From contig CM000150.2 in NCBI GenBank assembly GCA_000004695.1, positions 2,688,001-2,752,000 of the forward strand: a DNA stretch of 64,000 nt, read 5' to 3'. Shown piece by piece: positions 1 to 9,920 of this stretch (its first letter is position 1; the number at the start of each line of letters is the position of its first letter). The notes beneath the pieces are model-generated. The model did not search any database, was not told the DNA's origin, and worked only from the letters and a program-made list of their open reading frames with translations. This stretch comes from Dictyostelium discoideum. Its lineage: Eukaryota. The position numbers were made by a program, and so were the translations under genes.

Positions 1-388
1 ATAACATTACTCTGAAATATTACTTCAATGGGACTAATTGTATTACCAATATACACTTTTGAAAGATGATTATACTTTGAAATTGGTACCTTGGTTTCGT
101 GTCTAAAGCCGTTTAAAAAGTATAAAGTATGTATACCATGTCCTATTGCTTGTTGGGGAAGAGGTTGAATAATATCTCCAATGTAGACATTTTTAACAGA
201 AAGTGGAATGGTTCCCATCGTTATATTTAAATTTAGACCATCTAAAAGGAAAAAAGTATGAACAGATCCAGGAATTAGTTCTTTATCAAAAAATTTAATA
301 ATTCCACCAAGTGCAACACAACTTATTCCATATGGAACTGGGCATCCTTCTTGAAAATAAAAGAATTCTACACCATCGATTTTAATTG

Positions 389-419
<31 letters not shown>

Positions 420-690
420 AAAAAATAAATACAAAAGTTAATATTAATAATTATTTTCTATTTTTATAATTATTTAAATTTTTTTTAAATTACCAGAGAT
501 ATTTGGATGGTATATAGAACCCTTTTCAACAACAACAGTTTTATTAATATTTTCTTGAATAGATTTAATCTCATCTCCAAAGGTAACATTAGTTTTATGA
601 TACCCACATAATAAATTCTTTTTTTGTTCTTTCTCTTTTACAATTAATATAGATTGATATGAATGTTTTAATATTTCTAAATGTTTTAAT

Positions 691-739
<49 letters not shown>

Positions 740-1235
740 ATAGTTGTATAATATCAATAGTATTAAGAGAGTTTTTATATTTTTCAGTTATTAAATCAAT
801 AGTTTTTAATTCATTTTCTAATAAATTTTTAATGGTTGAGTTATTTTCTTCATTCTGTTCTAAACATGTAATTAATTGTCTAATTTTATCTTTTTCTTGA
901 GTTTCTAATATGTTACGTAATTGTTTGAATGTATATTCTATCTTTTCTAAATATTCAGTATGATTGGCTTCAATCTCTTTATAAATTTTATTTGATTTAG
1001 TTTCTAATTTTTCATTTTCTTTTTTACATTCTAATAGTTGATTGTAATTTTCATCTTTGAAAATATTGAAAATCATTAATGTATTCTCTGAATTAATCTT
1101 TTCAACTTTATGTCCCCTGTGATGCTCGTCGCTATATATACATTCCATACATATTCCAACCTTACATTCTGAACAAATTGAACATATTATTGATTCATTA
1201 TGAAATACACATGTATTATCAAAATTAATATCCAT
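1..1235 (-). CDS. B-box zinc-finger / coiled-coil protein with a C-terminal beta-propeller-like (possibly NHL) repeat region (TRIM-like architecture). Two exons: complement(494..1235) and complement(1..394). Intron 395..493. The 3' end runs off the window start.
   Basis: The N-terminus CVFHNESIICSICSECKVGICMECIYSDEHHRGH fits a B-box C/H spacing. It is followed by a heptad-rich coiled coil and a poly-Asn tract. A GTAATT donor follows codon TCT-G at position 494. An AAAAAG|AG acceptor at 395 restores an open frame (E-KTIKIDGVEFFYFQEGCPVPYGISCVALGGII...). That frame stays stop-free to position 1 and has a GxxxP-YGI-V and hydrophobic beta-strand periodicity. Confidence 0.5.
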
Positions 1236-1497
1236 TTTATAACTCTATGCTTTGTAGAGACACAAAGAAAAAAAATAAACTATGAAAATTCTATTAACCA
1301 AAACTTAAAAACATCAAAACAACCCACCAAAAAAAAAAATTTTTAAATTTTTAATTTTTTCAACCGTCTAAAAATTTTTAGATTTTTCACTTAATGGTCA
1401 TACAACAATAAAAATTAATTTATGATCGGATTAAAATAATGGTAAAGATTATTTTTTTTTTATTTTTTATTTTTATTTTTATTTTTTTTTATGAGAT

Positions 1498-2085
1498 TTA
1501 GATTTGTAATTTTAATTTTTCAATTATTTTTAAAGATTCATCGACATGAGAAGTTGAACTGAGTAAACCATCATGAATACTGCCATAAATCCATGTTTAT
1601 CAATAATAAATGTTTTTCTACCTGGTAATAATATACCATTAACACCATATAATTTAGCTAATTTACTATGTTTATCTGTTAATAATGTGAATGGTAATGA
1701 ATATTTTGAAACGAATGATTTATGACTATCTTCACCATCACTACTGACTCCAATTACTTCTGCACCTGCTTCTATAGATTTTTGATATTTATCTCTAAAT
1801 TCGCAACTCTCTATATATGGTGATATTATTATAATATTAAAAGATATTATGTTAAATTATTAGTATCATTTTTATAAAAAAAAAATATATTTATATTTAT
1901 ATATATATATATTACAATAATATTAATTAACTTACCTTTTGACATTCTGGACTATTATCTTTTGGATAAAAGTATAAAACAATTGGTTGACTCTTTTCTT
2001 TAAATTCTTTTAATGTGACTATTTGACCTAAATAATTTTTAGCTTCAAAATCTGGTGCAATATTTCCAACTTTTAATTTTGTCAT
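1498..2085 (-). CDS. Peroxiredoxin of the BCP/PrxQ (AhpC/TSA) type. Exons complement(1936..2085) and complement(1498..1808). Intron 1809..1935 (GTAAGT..TAG). There is an apparent one-base frame break near 1583-1590.
   Basis: Exon 1 reads MTKLKVGNIAPDFEAKNYLGQIVTLKEFKEKSQPIVLYFYPKDNSPECQK. This has the P-x3-S-x2-C peroxidatic motif. Exon 2 reads SCEFRDKYQKSIEAGAEVIGVSSDGEDSHKSFVSKYSLPFTLLTDKHSKLAKLYGVNGILLPGRKTFIIDKHGFMAV. The conserved C-terminus (IHDGLLSSTSHVDESLKIIEKLKLQI-stop at 1498) is in the +1 frame. Confidence 0.6.
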
Positions 2086-2649
2086 TTTTTTATTTATAAT
2101 TTTTTTTTTTTTTTAAATAAATGATTTTTTAATTTATGATTATTAATTTATGATTATTAATTTATAATTTTAAAAAAGTGATTGATAGTATCAATTATAT
2201 TTAGTCAATCAAATATAAATTTAAATATATAATTAGAATTAAAATTATTTAAGTTTGAATATTAAAAAATAAATTCTAAAAATTTAAATAAACATTCATT
2301 TAAAGAATCTAAATAATTCGATATCATTTTAGAATGTTTTATTAATAGTTGGGAGTGTGGATAGAACATCAACAGAGATGATTGTGACATTGATTCACTG
2401 AAAAAAAAAAAAAAAAAATATTGAGAATGTTAATTTAAATAAAATCGATACTTTTAATAATAATAAACAAAATTATAACTAAAAAACCCACTTTTTTTTT
2501 TTTTGATTTGTAAAAAATCCCACTTTTTTTTTTTTTTTTTGAATTGGATAATGCAATTATCAGTTTTTTCTCCTTGAGATGCTAGATCTCATTTTATTTG
2601 TAGTATTTTTTACAGGGTCTCTAAAAGAGGGGTTAGTTTACCTTTTTTT

Positions 2650-2945
2650 TTTTTTTTTTTTGGAATTTTGAATTGTATTATTACTTTTGATTAAAACATC
2701 TTTTTTGTCCAAACTTTCTAAATCTTATTTTATTTTATCGTCGGCTTCGTGATTGATGTTGACGACATATTTGAATTGTTTTTTTTTTAATTTGAATTTT
2801 GTCTACAATTTCGCTTATTTTTTGTAGGCATTTGTATTGCTTAATATTTGTGGTGATGTTTGTAATTTTCATCTTATTTTCTTTCTATTTTTTTATTTTA
2901 CTTTAAAAAGTTAAAAATTTGGAAATTTTCTGATTAACTTGGGTT
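2650..2945 (-). repeat. Retrotransposon 300-bp UTR module (B-module-like), copy 3 of 3
   Basis: About 90% identical to 3525-3821 and 8431-8730 (gaattttgaattgtattattacttttgattaaaacatc ... ttctgattaacttgggttcccagg). Confidence 0.8.
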
Positions 2946-3524
2946 CCCAGGTTATTTTTTTATTTTTTTTTTTTTTATTTTTTTATTTTTTTATTTTTTA
3001 TTTTTATTTATAGAGAGTACTGAGTGAATAATTGTATTTTTTGAGATGTTTTGGGGTTCTATTGCGTGAAGAGGTGAGTTCCATTGTCTGCTAAATTGTA
3101 ACCAACGGCTTCGCTTGTGCCGTACTGGGGTGTCCTGTCGGCCGTTTGTGCCGTGGGATGGTATTGAAAACTACCTCCCCAGATTCGGTGTATTGTAATC
3201 CTCATTTCGGAGTTTTTTAGTTACGATACTTATTGGTCTGGTTATACATGTCTGAGGAAATTTTTACTTTAACCCACTTTTTTTTTTTTTTAATTGGATA
3301 ACGCAATTATTATTTGCTTCTCCTTGAGATGCTGGATATTTATTTTATTTTTGCTTTAACCCACTTTTTTTTTTTTTTTTTTTTTTTTTTTTGAATTGGA
3401 TAACGCAATTATTATTTGCTTCTCCTTGAGATGCTAGATCTCATTTTATTTTATTTTTTTTTTTTTTTTTACAGGGTCTCTAAAAGAGGGGTTAGTTTAC
3501 TTTTTTTTTTTTTTTTTTTTTTTT

Positions 3525-3816
3525 GTTTCGAATTTTGAATTGTATTATTACTTTTGATTAAAACATCTTTTTTGTCCAAACTTTTTTCTAAATCTTTTTT
3601 TATTTTATCGTCTGGTTCGTGATTGATGTTTATGACGTATTTGAATTGTTTTTTTTTTAATTGAGTTTTATCCACAATTTCGCTTATTTTTTGTAGGCAT
3701 TTGTGTTGCTTAATATTTGTGGTGTTGTTTGTGATTTTCATTTTATTTTCTTTCTATTTTTTATATTTTTCTTTAAAAAGTTAAAAATCTGGAAATTTTC
3801 TGATTAACTTGGTTCC

Positions 3817-3821
<5 letters not shown>
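3525..3821 (-). repeat. Retrotransposon 300-bp UTR module (B-module-like), copy 2 of 3. It encodes a duplicate of the ORF1 N-terminus.
   Basis: Near-identical to 8431-8730. ORF 3469..3741 has its first 67 aa identical to ORF1. Confidence 0.8.

Positions 3822-3882
<61 letters not shown>
3822..3882. repeat. A:T homopolymer of 61 nt (oligo-A on the element strand) between the ORF2 stop and the 3' module
   Basis: Direct reading. Confidence 0.95.
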
Positions 3883-3884
<2 letters not shown>

Positions 3885-6800
3885 TTATTTATAGAAAGTA
3901 CTGAGTGAATTATTGTATTTTTTGAGATGTTTAGGAAGTTCTATTGCGTGAAGAGGTGAGTTCCATTGTCTGCTAAATTGTAATAGCTTTAGCGAGATTA
4001 GTGAGTCTAATTTATTTTGTTCTTCTGGCCGTTGTTTTGATTTGATTCTTAATGTTTTGTTTATAACCGCTTGTGTCCTGTCCCATGCAGCTCTTTGTGT
4101 TTTAATTAGTTCACGTATGACTTGTTGTCTGTGAATTATTATTTCTTTTTCATCGTGAATGAGTTTATTTCTTTTGTGCCAGATTTTATCGAATATAATA
4201 GCTATTAAATTGGCTACTAGTGCAATTTGTAGATGGTTTAAAATCTTCACATTCCAGGTGTGAGTGGTGTGTCCAGACTTAGTTAGGGTGTAGTTGAAGA
4301 TTTCTTGTGTGTTTTTGATGTGGGCTTTGCAGTTGAAGAATATATGTTCTGAGGTCTCATCTTCCCCACACTGTTGGCATGGCATGTTGTATATTTTTGG
4401 TAGTGCTTTCAGTGTGTATCTCCATAATAGATCTCTACCTTTCATGTTTATTATTTTTTTGATTTCTTTAAATGGAAGGTGTTTGCTATTAATTTTGGTC
4501 ATTATTTCTTTTTGGCCAGGAGTTGGTATGAATTTGTTGTGTTCAGGAGATTGAGTTGTCATCATATCCTCGTATATTTTTTTTAATTTTGGGAGGTGTT
4601 CGTAGTGTGTTTGTTTATTTTGTGGAGTTTTTAATTGGGTCCATGCTTGCTTGCATTGCCAGTGTAGTTGTAGTTGATTTTGTTTTGTTGTTGTTTTGTT
4701 GTTGTTGTTGTTTTTGAGTTCCTCTTCCCACAGTTTTATATATGAACTAGGAGTGTTACTTACTCTTTGGTGGAGGTATCTTTCGAATAACCATGCTTTC
4801 TGTGCTAGTTCTCTTGTCTTCAGGTTCCATAAGTTTAGGCCACCATTGATATAGTTGTTTTGTCTTCTTTGTAGTGAAAGAGAGTTTTTAGATTTTGTGT
4901 TGAAAACGAATTTTACGATGTTATTTTCAATACTATTGTGTTGTGGTGTGGTGTTGATGTAAGTGTGGAACGTTAACTGAGATAGTGCATATGTTTTTGC
5001 CATTATGAGTCTGCCCATATAGGTTGATGAAGTTGAGTTCCATGTTACTAGTTTAGCTCTGATGTTGTCTGAGATTGTATTGATTTTGGATTTGATACCC
5101 TTATTGTTGAAGTCAAAGCCGAGGTACCTTTCGTTTGATTTTATGACGGTGTATAGCGTTCTGGTGTTCCATTTGAAAGTGATACACGAGCATTTGGTTT
5201 GGTTTATTTTTGCGCTGGTTGCTTGGCAAAACTTCTTGATCCATTCATTCATGAGGAAATGGTCCATAAAGTTGTATGCTATTGTTGCTGTATCATCGGC
5301 GAACTGTAGTATTTTAATGGTTTCTTTGGTTACACCATTGATGCAGCGGTCATTTATTATAGTAGTTGCCATGCATTCAACCACTAATGCGAAGATAGTG
5401 GGAGAGATAGGATCACCTTGTTTGGTTCCTCTTTTTGATGTAAAGCTTTTAGATAATGAGTTATTGATGTACACTGATGTTTCTGATTCATTGAGTAAGT
5501 TCATTATTGTGAGGACCATTTTGAGTGGTAGTTTTAGATGTGCAAGAGTACGTAGAATGGCGTTATGTGAGATTGAATCGAATGCTTTTTCAAAATCATA
5601 AAATGTTATGATTGGTTCCATATCCTCTTTTGTGTTAATCTCTCGTTTTATTATTTCTATTGTTGAGTTTAAGGTGATGATGTTATCGTGCAGTAGTCTT
5701 CTTGGTACGAATCCAGTTTGGAATGGTGAGATTATTTTGTTTAAGAACTTCAGGATCCTATTGTTGATTATTTTCGAATAGATTTTGTAATCGACATTTA
5801 GAAGTGTTATTGGTCTATAATTATCCAGGTTGTTTGGGTCTCCTTTGTTTTTATATATAGTAATCAATATCCCTTGTTTGAAGTCCTTTGGGATTGTTGT
5901 GTTCCAGAAGTGATTGTATAGTTTTGATATTATTGGTAGAATTTCATTAATGTGGTTTTTGTAAAATGTTGGAAGGAGTCCATCTTTACCAGGTGCTTTT
6001 CCTTCTTGTATTTTTTCAATGCCTAGTCTGATTTCGTATTCTTCTATTGGTTGATTAATTTCGTCCAATATCTTTTGATCAATCCTTTTATTGAATGTTT
6101 TTAGGAGTTCGTGGTGAGTGTCTTCGTTGCATTCTCTCTTCTGGTACAGGTTCTCGTAATATCTTCTTGCTACTTCGAGGATATCCTCGTTTTTTGTTAC
6201 CAAACAATTGTTGCTTGGATCTAGAATTTGAGGGATTTCATTTGTCTTTCTTTGGACTTTTAACCTTCTGGTTAAGTATTTTGATGGTGTTTCTTTGTTG
6301 TTGATGTGGGTGTTGGTTTGGTTTGCTTGTTTTATTCTTACTTGTTCCTTTAGAATATTGTTGATCTCTTCTTTAAGGAAGATTGCTCTTGAATCTTTGG
6401 CTGTTTCGAGTTTTTCTGCGAGTTCTTTTAGTTTGTTTTTGGTTTTATTGCTTTCTCTAATTTCTATATTAATTGACAGTTTCTTTATTTCATCTTTTAG
6501 TTTCAACCATTGTTCGCAAATGTTTAATTTGTACCATTTGCTGGTGTTCTCTTCGAATTTTTTATTGTAGTATTTAATTGTTTTATTAATTTTGAGGCTG
6601 GTTGAATTCATTTTGAGAGTTTCTAGGTTTTGTCTCCATAGTCTTTCTCCTTTCTTTTGTTGCTCGTATTCTGGTATTTTTAATTCAATGATTACCATGT
6701 TGTGATCAGATTTTAATTTGATTTCCTTAGTAGTAACTATTGGGTTTAGATGGAGTATCTTCTTTGAGACAAAGACCCTATCGATGGTTGATTTGTTTCT

Positions 6801-7106
6801 TGGAAATGTGATTCCATTCTTAATTTCTGTAAATTCGAATTCGTCGAAGATTGTTTTAATATATTTGTTAAGGTTATTATCCACTGAACAGTCTACATTG
6901 AAGTCTCCGGTTATAATATCGCTGTGTAGTATTTCTTCTGTGAGATTTTCCTTATACCATTCATGTCTTTCGTTTGACTTTGCTGGGGCATAAATGGTTG
7001 TGCATTTGATCTGTGTTTTTGCAATCATCCATTCGGAAGATATAATTCTTTCGTTTATTGTTTTTGTTGTTGTTTTTATTTGGGTGTTGATGATGATTTG
7101 TGACAC
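3885..7106 (-). CDS. Retrotransposon ORF2: apurinic-like endonuclease plus reverse transcriptase plus C-terminal zinc knuckle (1073 aa)
   Basis: An endonuclease-type N-terminus (..SDHNMVIIELK..) and RT blocks including FADDTATIA. The C-terminus reads CQQCGEDETSEHIFFNCKAH. The stop is immediately followed by a 61-nt oligo(A) tract on the coding strand. Confidence 0.8.
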   Translation of the reverse strand: MSQIIINTQIKTTTKTINERIISSEWMIAKTQIKCTTIYAPAKSNERHEWYKENLTEEILHSDIITGDFNVDCSVDNNLNKYIKTIFDEFEFTEIKNGITFPRNKSTIDRVFVSKKILHLNPIVTTKEIKLKSDHNMVIIELKIPEYEQQKKGERLWRQNLETLKMNSTSLKINKTIKYYNKKFEENTSKWYKLNICEQWLKLKDEIKKLSINIEIRESNKTKNKLKELAEKLETAKDSRAIFLKEEINNILKEQVRIKQANQTNTHINNKETPSKYLTRRLKVQRKTNEIPQILDPSNNCLVTKNEDILEVARRYYENLYQKRECNEDTHHELLKTFNKRIDQKILDEINQPIEEYEIRLGIEKIQEGKAPGKDGLLPTFYKNHINEILPIISKLYNHFWNTTIPKDFKQGILITIYKNKGDPNNLDNYRPITLLNVDYKIYSKIINNRILKFLNKIISPFQTGFVPRRLLHDNIITLNSTIEIIKREINTKEDMEPIITFYDFEKAFDSISHNAILRTLAHLKLPLKMVLTIMNLLNESETSVYINNSLSKSFTSKRGTKQGDPISPTIFALVVECMATTIINDRCINGVTKETIKILQFADDTATIAYNFMDHFLMNEWIKKFCQATSAKINQTKCSCITFKWNTRTLYTVIKSNERYLGFDFNNKGIKSKINTISDNIRAKLVTWNSTSSTYMGRLIMAKTYALSQLTFHTYINTTPQHNSIENNIVKFVFNTKSKNSLSLQRRQNNYINGGLNLWNLKTRELAQKAWLFERYLHQRVSNTPSSYIKLWEEELKNNNNNKTTTKQNQLQLHWQCKQAWTQLKTPQNKQTHYEHLPKLKKIYEDMMTTQSPEHNKFIPTPGQKEIMTKINSKHLPFKEIKKIINMKGRDLLWRYTLKALPKIYNMPCQQCGEDETSEHIFFNCKAHIKNTQEIFNYTLTKSGHTTHTWNVKILNHLQIALVANLIAIIFDKIWHKRNKLIHDEKEIIIHRQQVIRELIKTQRAAWDRTQAVINKTLRIKSKQRPEEQNKLDSLISLKLLQFSRQWNSPLHAIELPKHLKKYNNSLSTFYK

Positions 7107-7318
7107 CCCTTGTCCTGTTTTATCAATTGGTGCGTGGTGTGTTATTTTGTTTTTATATTGTTGATTTATTGAGTAAATTTTATTTGTTTTTATATTTGTT
7201 TCAGTTAGAAGTGCTGCGTCCAGCTTGTTGTTGTCTAATACGGTGTTTATTATGCTGGCAGATTGGATGGTGTTGGATCCTTGGACGTTCCAAACACCTA
7301 TTCTTATTGTGTTTTTCT

Positions 7319-8653
7319 TTATAGTTTTATTTGGGGTAGATTTTTATCTACCTTTTGAAGTTTCTGGTTTATTTTGTCTTCTAACTGATCTTTACTTTGT
7401 TCGTTGTGTTGTTGGTCTTGTGTGTTTGTGGGGTTTTTTGATTTACTGATTTGTTTTAGAATTTCCTTGTTGAAGTTGTCTATATCTTCATCCATTTTTG
7501 TTTTTATGCTTTTTTGTCCATATTCACCCAATTTTGGTTTGACTGGTGTTTTGTTGGTCCTGTTTGTTTTGTCTTGTTGTTTGTTTTTTGGTGTGTTTAA
7601 CAATTTACTTGGTGAATCGATAATTTTCGATGGTGTACCATAGGTTGGGCTGAAACTCATGATATGTTTTATTGGAGAGGAGAAGAACCATTGATTTGAA
7701 GGGATTGAAAGTGGGAATTCTATTTTTCTTATTGCATCAGTGTTTGGGCTGGTGAAGTCGAAGATATCATTTACCTCTCTAAGTTTTTCTTCCGTTGTTA
7801 GTCTCTTTGTTTCGCCGTGTTGTTTTATTGGTGTATTGTATGGAGATGGTGGTTCAATAGGTTTTTCTGATTTTGTTTTAATTTCTTGATTGTTTATCGA
7901 TTGGGTATTGATCTCATTCTCTATTCTTGTTAGTTCATCTACGTTTTCTAGTGATGCATCTATTACCTTTTGAGCTGTATCATCTAGGGCCATAAATGTT
8001 TTATCATTAGATGAGGAGGTGATTGGTGGGATAATGATTGTTCTTTTTCCTTGTTTTGGTATTTGTTCTGATGTAGATTGTGGTTGTTGTTCATCTGATT
8101 GTTTTTTATTTTTGTTTTCTTCTTGATTTTCTGGTAATGAGGTTTGATCTCTCCATCCTTTGTTGGAGTGACCAATTAATGTTAGATTGTCTAGTTCAAT
8201 GATAGTGTCATATTCTTCTACGACTCTTTTCACTGTTTTGATAATTAGAGTTTCGCCTTTAATTTCAGATTTAATTAGTTTACATCCTTCATTTTCTATT
8301 ACCCATTCTATTTCTGTGAGTGATTTATACCAATCGAAATCCGTATACATATTTTTTGGTCTTAGAGTGGTTATAAATTGTCCTTTTAATTCTGCATCAA
8401 ACATATTTACAAAATAGATTACTGTACTAATACTGTCTGTGAGAATTTTGAATGTATTATTACTTTTGATTAAAACATCTTTTTTGTCCAAACTTTTTTC
8501 TAAATCTTTTTTTATTTTATCGTCTGGTTCGTGATTGATGTTTATGACGTATTTGAATTGTTTTTTTTTTAATTGAGTTTTATCCACAATTTCGCTTATT
8601 TTTTGTAGGCATTTGTGTTGCTTAATATTTGTGGTGTTGTTTGTGATTTTCAT
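7319..8653 (-). CDS. Retrotransposon ORF1 (444 aa)
   Basis: The ORF is intact. Its first 67 codons lie inside the repeated 300-bp module. The same N-terminus is re-encoded by the 3' module copy (ORF 3469..3741). Confidence 0.6.
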   Translation of the reverse strand: MKITNNTTNIKQHKCLQKISEIVDKTQLKKKQFKYVININHEPDDKIKKDLEKSLDKKDVLIKSNNTFKILTDSISTVIYFVNMFDAELKGQFITTLRPKNMYTDFDWYKSLTEIEWVIENEGCKLIKSEIKGETLIIKTVKRVVEEYDTIIELDNLTLIGHSNKGWRDQTSLPENQEENKNKKQSDEQQPQSTSEQIPKQGKRTIIIPPITSSSNDKTFMALDDTAQKVIDASLENVDELTRIENEINTQSINNQEIKTKSEKPIEPPSPYNTPIKQHGETKRLTTEEKLREVNDIFDFTSPNTDAIRKIEFPLSIPSNQWFFSSPIKHIMSFSPTYGTPSKIIDSPSKLLNTPKNKQQDKTNRTNKTPVKPKLGEYGQKSIKTKMDEDIDNFNKEILKQISKSKNPTNTQDQQHNEQSKDQLEDKINQKLQKVDKNLPQIKL

Positions 8654-8728
8654 TTTATTTTCTTTCTATTTTTTATATTTTTCTTTAAAAAGTTAAAAAT
8701 CTGGAAATTTTCTGATTAACTTGGTTCC

Positions 8729-8730
<2 letters not shown>
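8431..8730 (-). repeat. Retrotransposon 300-bp UTR module (B-module-like), copy 1 of 3. It contains the ORF1 start.
   Basis: Sequence identity to the two other copies. It is followed on the plus strand by 45 T (8731-8775). Confidence 0.8.
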
Positions 8731-8775
<45 letters not shown>

Positions 8776-8777
<2 letters not shown>

Positions 8778-9034
8778 TCTTTTTTATATGAAAAATGAAA
8801 TAATCAAAAAAAGAGATTGTTGTTGTTGTTTGTTTTTTTTCGATCTGATTATTTTTTGCTTTTTTTTGAAAATTTTGCTACGCAAAATTCTCAAAACGAA
8901 ACAAATAATAAATTACAATAAAGTAAAAAGATGGCTTTTTAAGATAGTTTATTTATTTATTTATTTGTTTTTTAAGTCTTTTTTATATGAAAAATGAAAT
9001 AATCAAAAAAAGAGATTGTTGTTGTTGTTTGTTT
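8776..9034. repeat. 67-bp direct repeat (8776-8842 and 8967-9034, near-identical) flanking a 124-bp spacer, between the retroelement 5' end and tRNA-Lys
   Basis: aagtcttttttatatgaaaaatgaaataatcaaaaaaagagattgttgttgttgtttgttttttttc occurs twice. The second copy ends about 48 bp upstream of tRNA position +1 (9090). Confidence 0.8.
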
Positions 9035-9089
9035 TTTTTCCAAAAAATAAAAACCCATCTAAGTAAAAAAATTTTAATTTCACAACAAT

Positions 9090-9162
9090 GCCCGGCTAGC
9101 TCAGTCGGTAGAGCGCCAGACTCTTAATCTGGTGGTCGGGGGTTCGAGCCCCCCGTTGGGCG
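9090..9162 (+). tRNA. tRNA-Lys (anticodon CUU)
   Basis: GCCCGGCTAGCTCAGTCGGTAGAGCGCCAGACTCTTAATCTGGTGGTCGGGGGTTCGAGCCCCCCGTTGGGCG. It has a 7-bp acceptor stem, D-loop AGTCGGTAGA and T-loop GGTTCGAGCC. The anticodon loop is ctCTTaa. An aatttttc terminator follows. Confidence 0.9.
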
Positions 9163-9194
9163 AATTTTTCTAAAATAAAACATAAGTACAATGG

Positions 9195-9205
9195 TTCAAT
9201 TCTCG
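9195..9205 (+). promoter_or_regulatory. Extra B-box (ex-B) downstream of tRNA-Lys
   Basis: ggttcaattct matches the B-box consensus GGTTCGANTCC. It lies 33 nt past the tRNA 3' end, which is typical of dictyostelid tRNA genes. Confidence 0.5.
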
Positions 9206-9920
9206 ATTGGTTTTTATTTATAAATTAACCAAATTTTTTAATATAAAAATTATATTAATATAAAAAATTTTTTCAATTAATCAGTGAGGACCGGTCAAAT
9301 TTTTTTTTTTAATTATTAATAATGTATTATTAATTATGGACACCAATTTCAATTTATTTATTATTCATTAATTTTTTATTTTTTTTTTTTTTTTTTTTTT
9401 ATTTATATGAAAAAAAAAATAAACCCAAAAAAACACACTAAGTTTTAATATTAAAGTTTCATATAATTTAATAATTTATTATTTTTTTATTTTTTATTTA
9501 TTATTTTTTAATTTTATTTTTAATTTTATTTTTTTTTTCCCCAAAAAAATTCCCTTTATTTACTCAAGGATGCACCAATAAGTGTAAAGAAAATTCGATA
9601 AAAATAACCCAATATGTGTTAAAATACCAATCCAATGCTTCCATTTTCCATTTCCCCCATAATTTGAATTTTTTTTTCCGGAAATTGGAGAACACTATTT
9701 TAATCTTAAAAAATAATAATTACCAACTTAATTTTATTTTGAAAAAGATAACGAACCATTTAAATAATTTGAATTTTTATAAATAATAGAATTAAAAATC
9801 AATAGTTTTTTATTTTTTTTATTTTTATTTTTTGTATTAATTTAAATTGATTTTTTAAACAATAATGAAAAAAAAAATATTTAAATTATATTTTATTAAA
9901 ATTTATTTTATTTTATATTA

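Larger units (their letters stand above)
2487..8775 (-). mobile_element. Compound TRE5-A-like (DRE-type) tRNA-gene-associated non-LTR retrotransposon. One near full-length copy (8775..about 3295) is followed head-to-tail by an internally deleted copy (about 3290..2487).
   Basis: ORF1 is 444 aa. ORF2 carries AP-endonuclease, reverse transcriptase (FADD box FADDTATIA) and a C-terminal CCHC-like knuckle. A module of about 300 bp contains the ORF1 start and occurs three times (8431-8730, 3525-3821, 2650-2945). An oligo(A) tract (61 T on the plus strand, 3822-3882) follows the ORF2 stop. The last 90 bp of ORF2 are duplicated at 3005-3095, fused to a GC-richer 195-bp module (3095-3290). Short cccacT(n)gaattggataacgcaattat...ctccttgagatgctagatc and acagggtctctaaaagaggggttagtttac units repeat at 2487-2643 and 3275-3525. 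The element 5' end lies head-to-head with tRNA-Lys at 9090. Confidence 0.65.

Noticed and set aside
3469-3741. 90-aa ORF starting MKITNNTTNIKQHK.. as a separate gene
   Set aside because: It is a duplicate of the ORF1 N-terminus, carried by the 3' copy of the retrotransposon UTR module, and then runs out of frame. It is not an independent gene.
4294-7643. Plus-strand ORFs of 69-179 aa inside the retrotransposon (4294..4554, 5062..5601, 6095..6993, 7100..7643)
   Set aside because: They are antisense to the intact ORF2 and ORF1 of the element. They are Leu/Phe/Val-rich frame shadows with no domain content.
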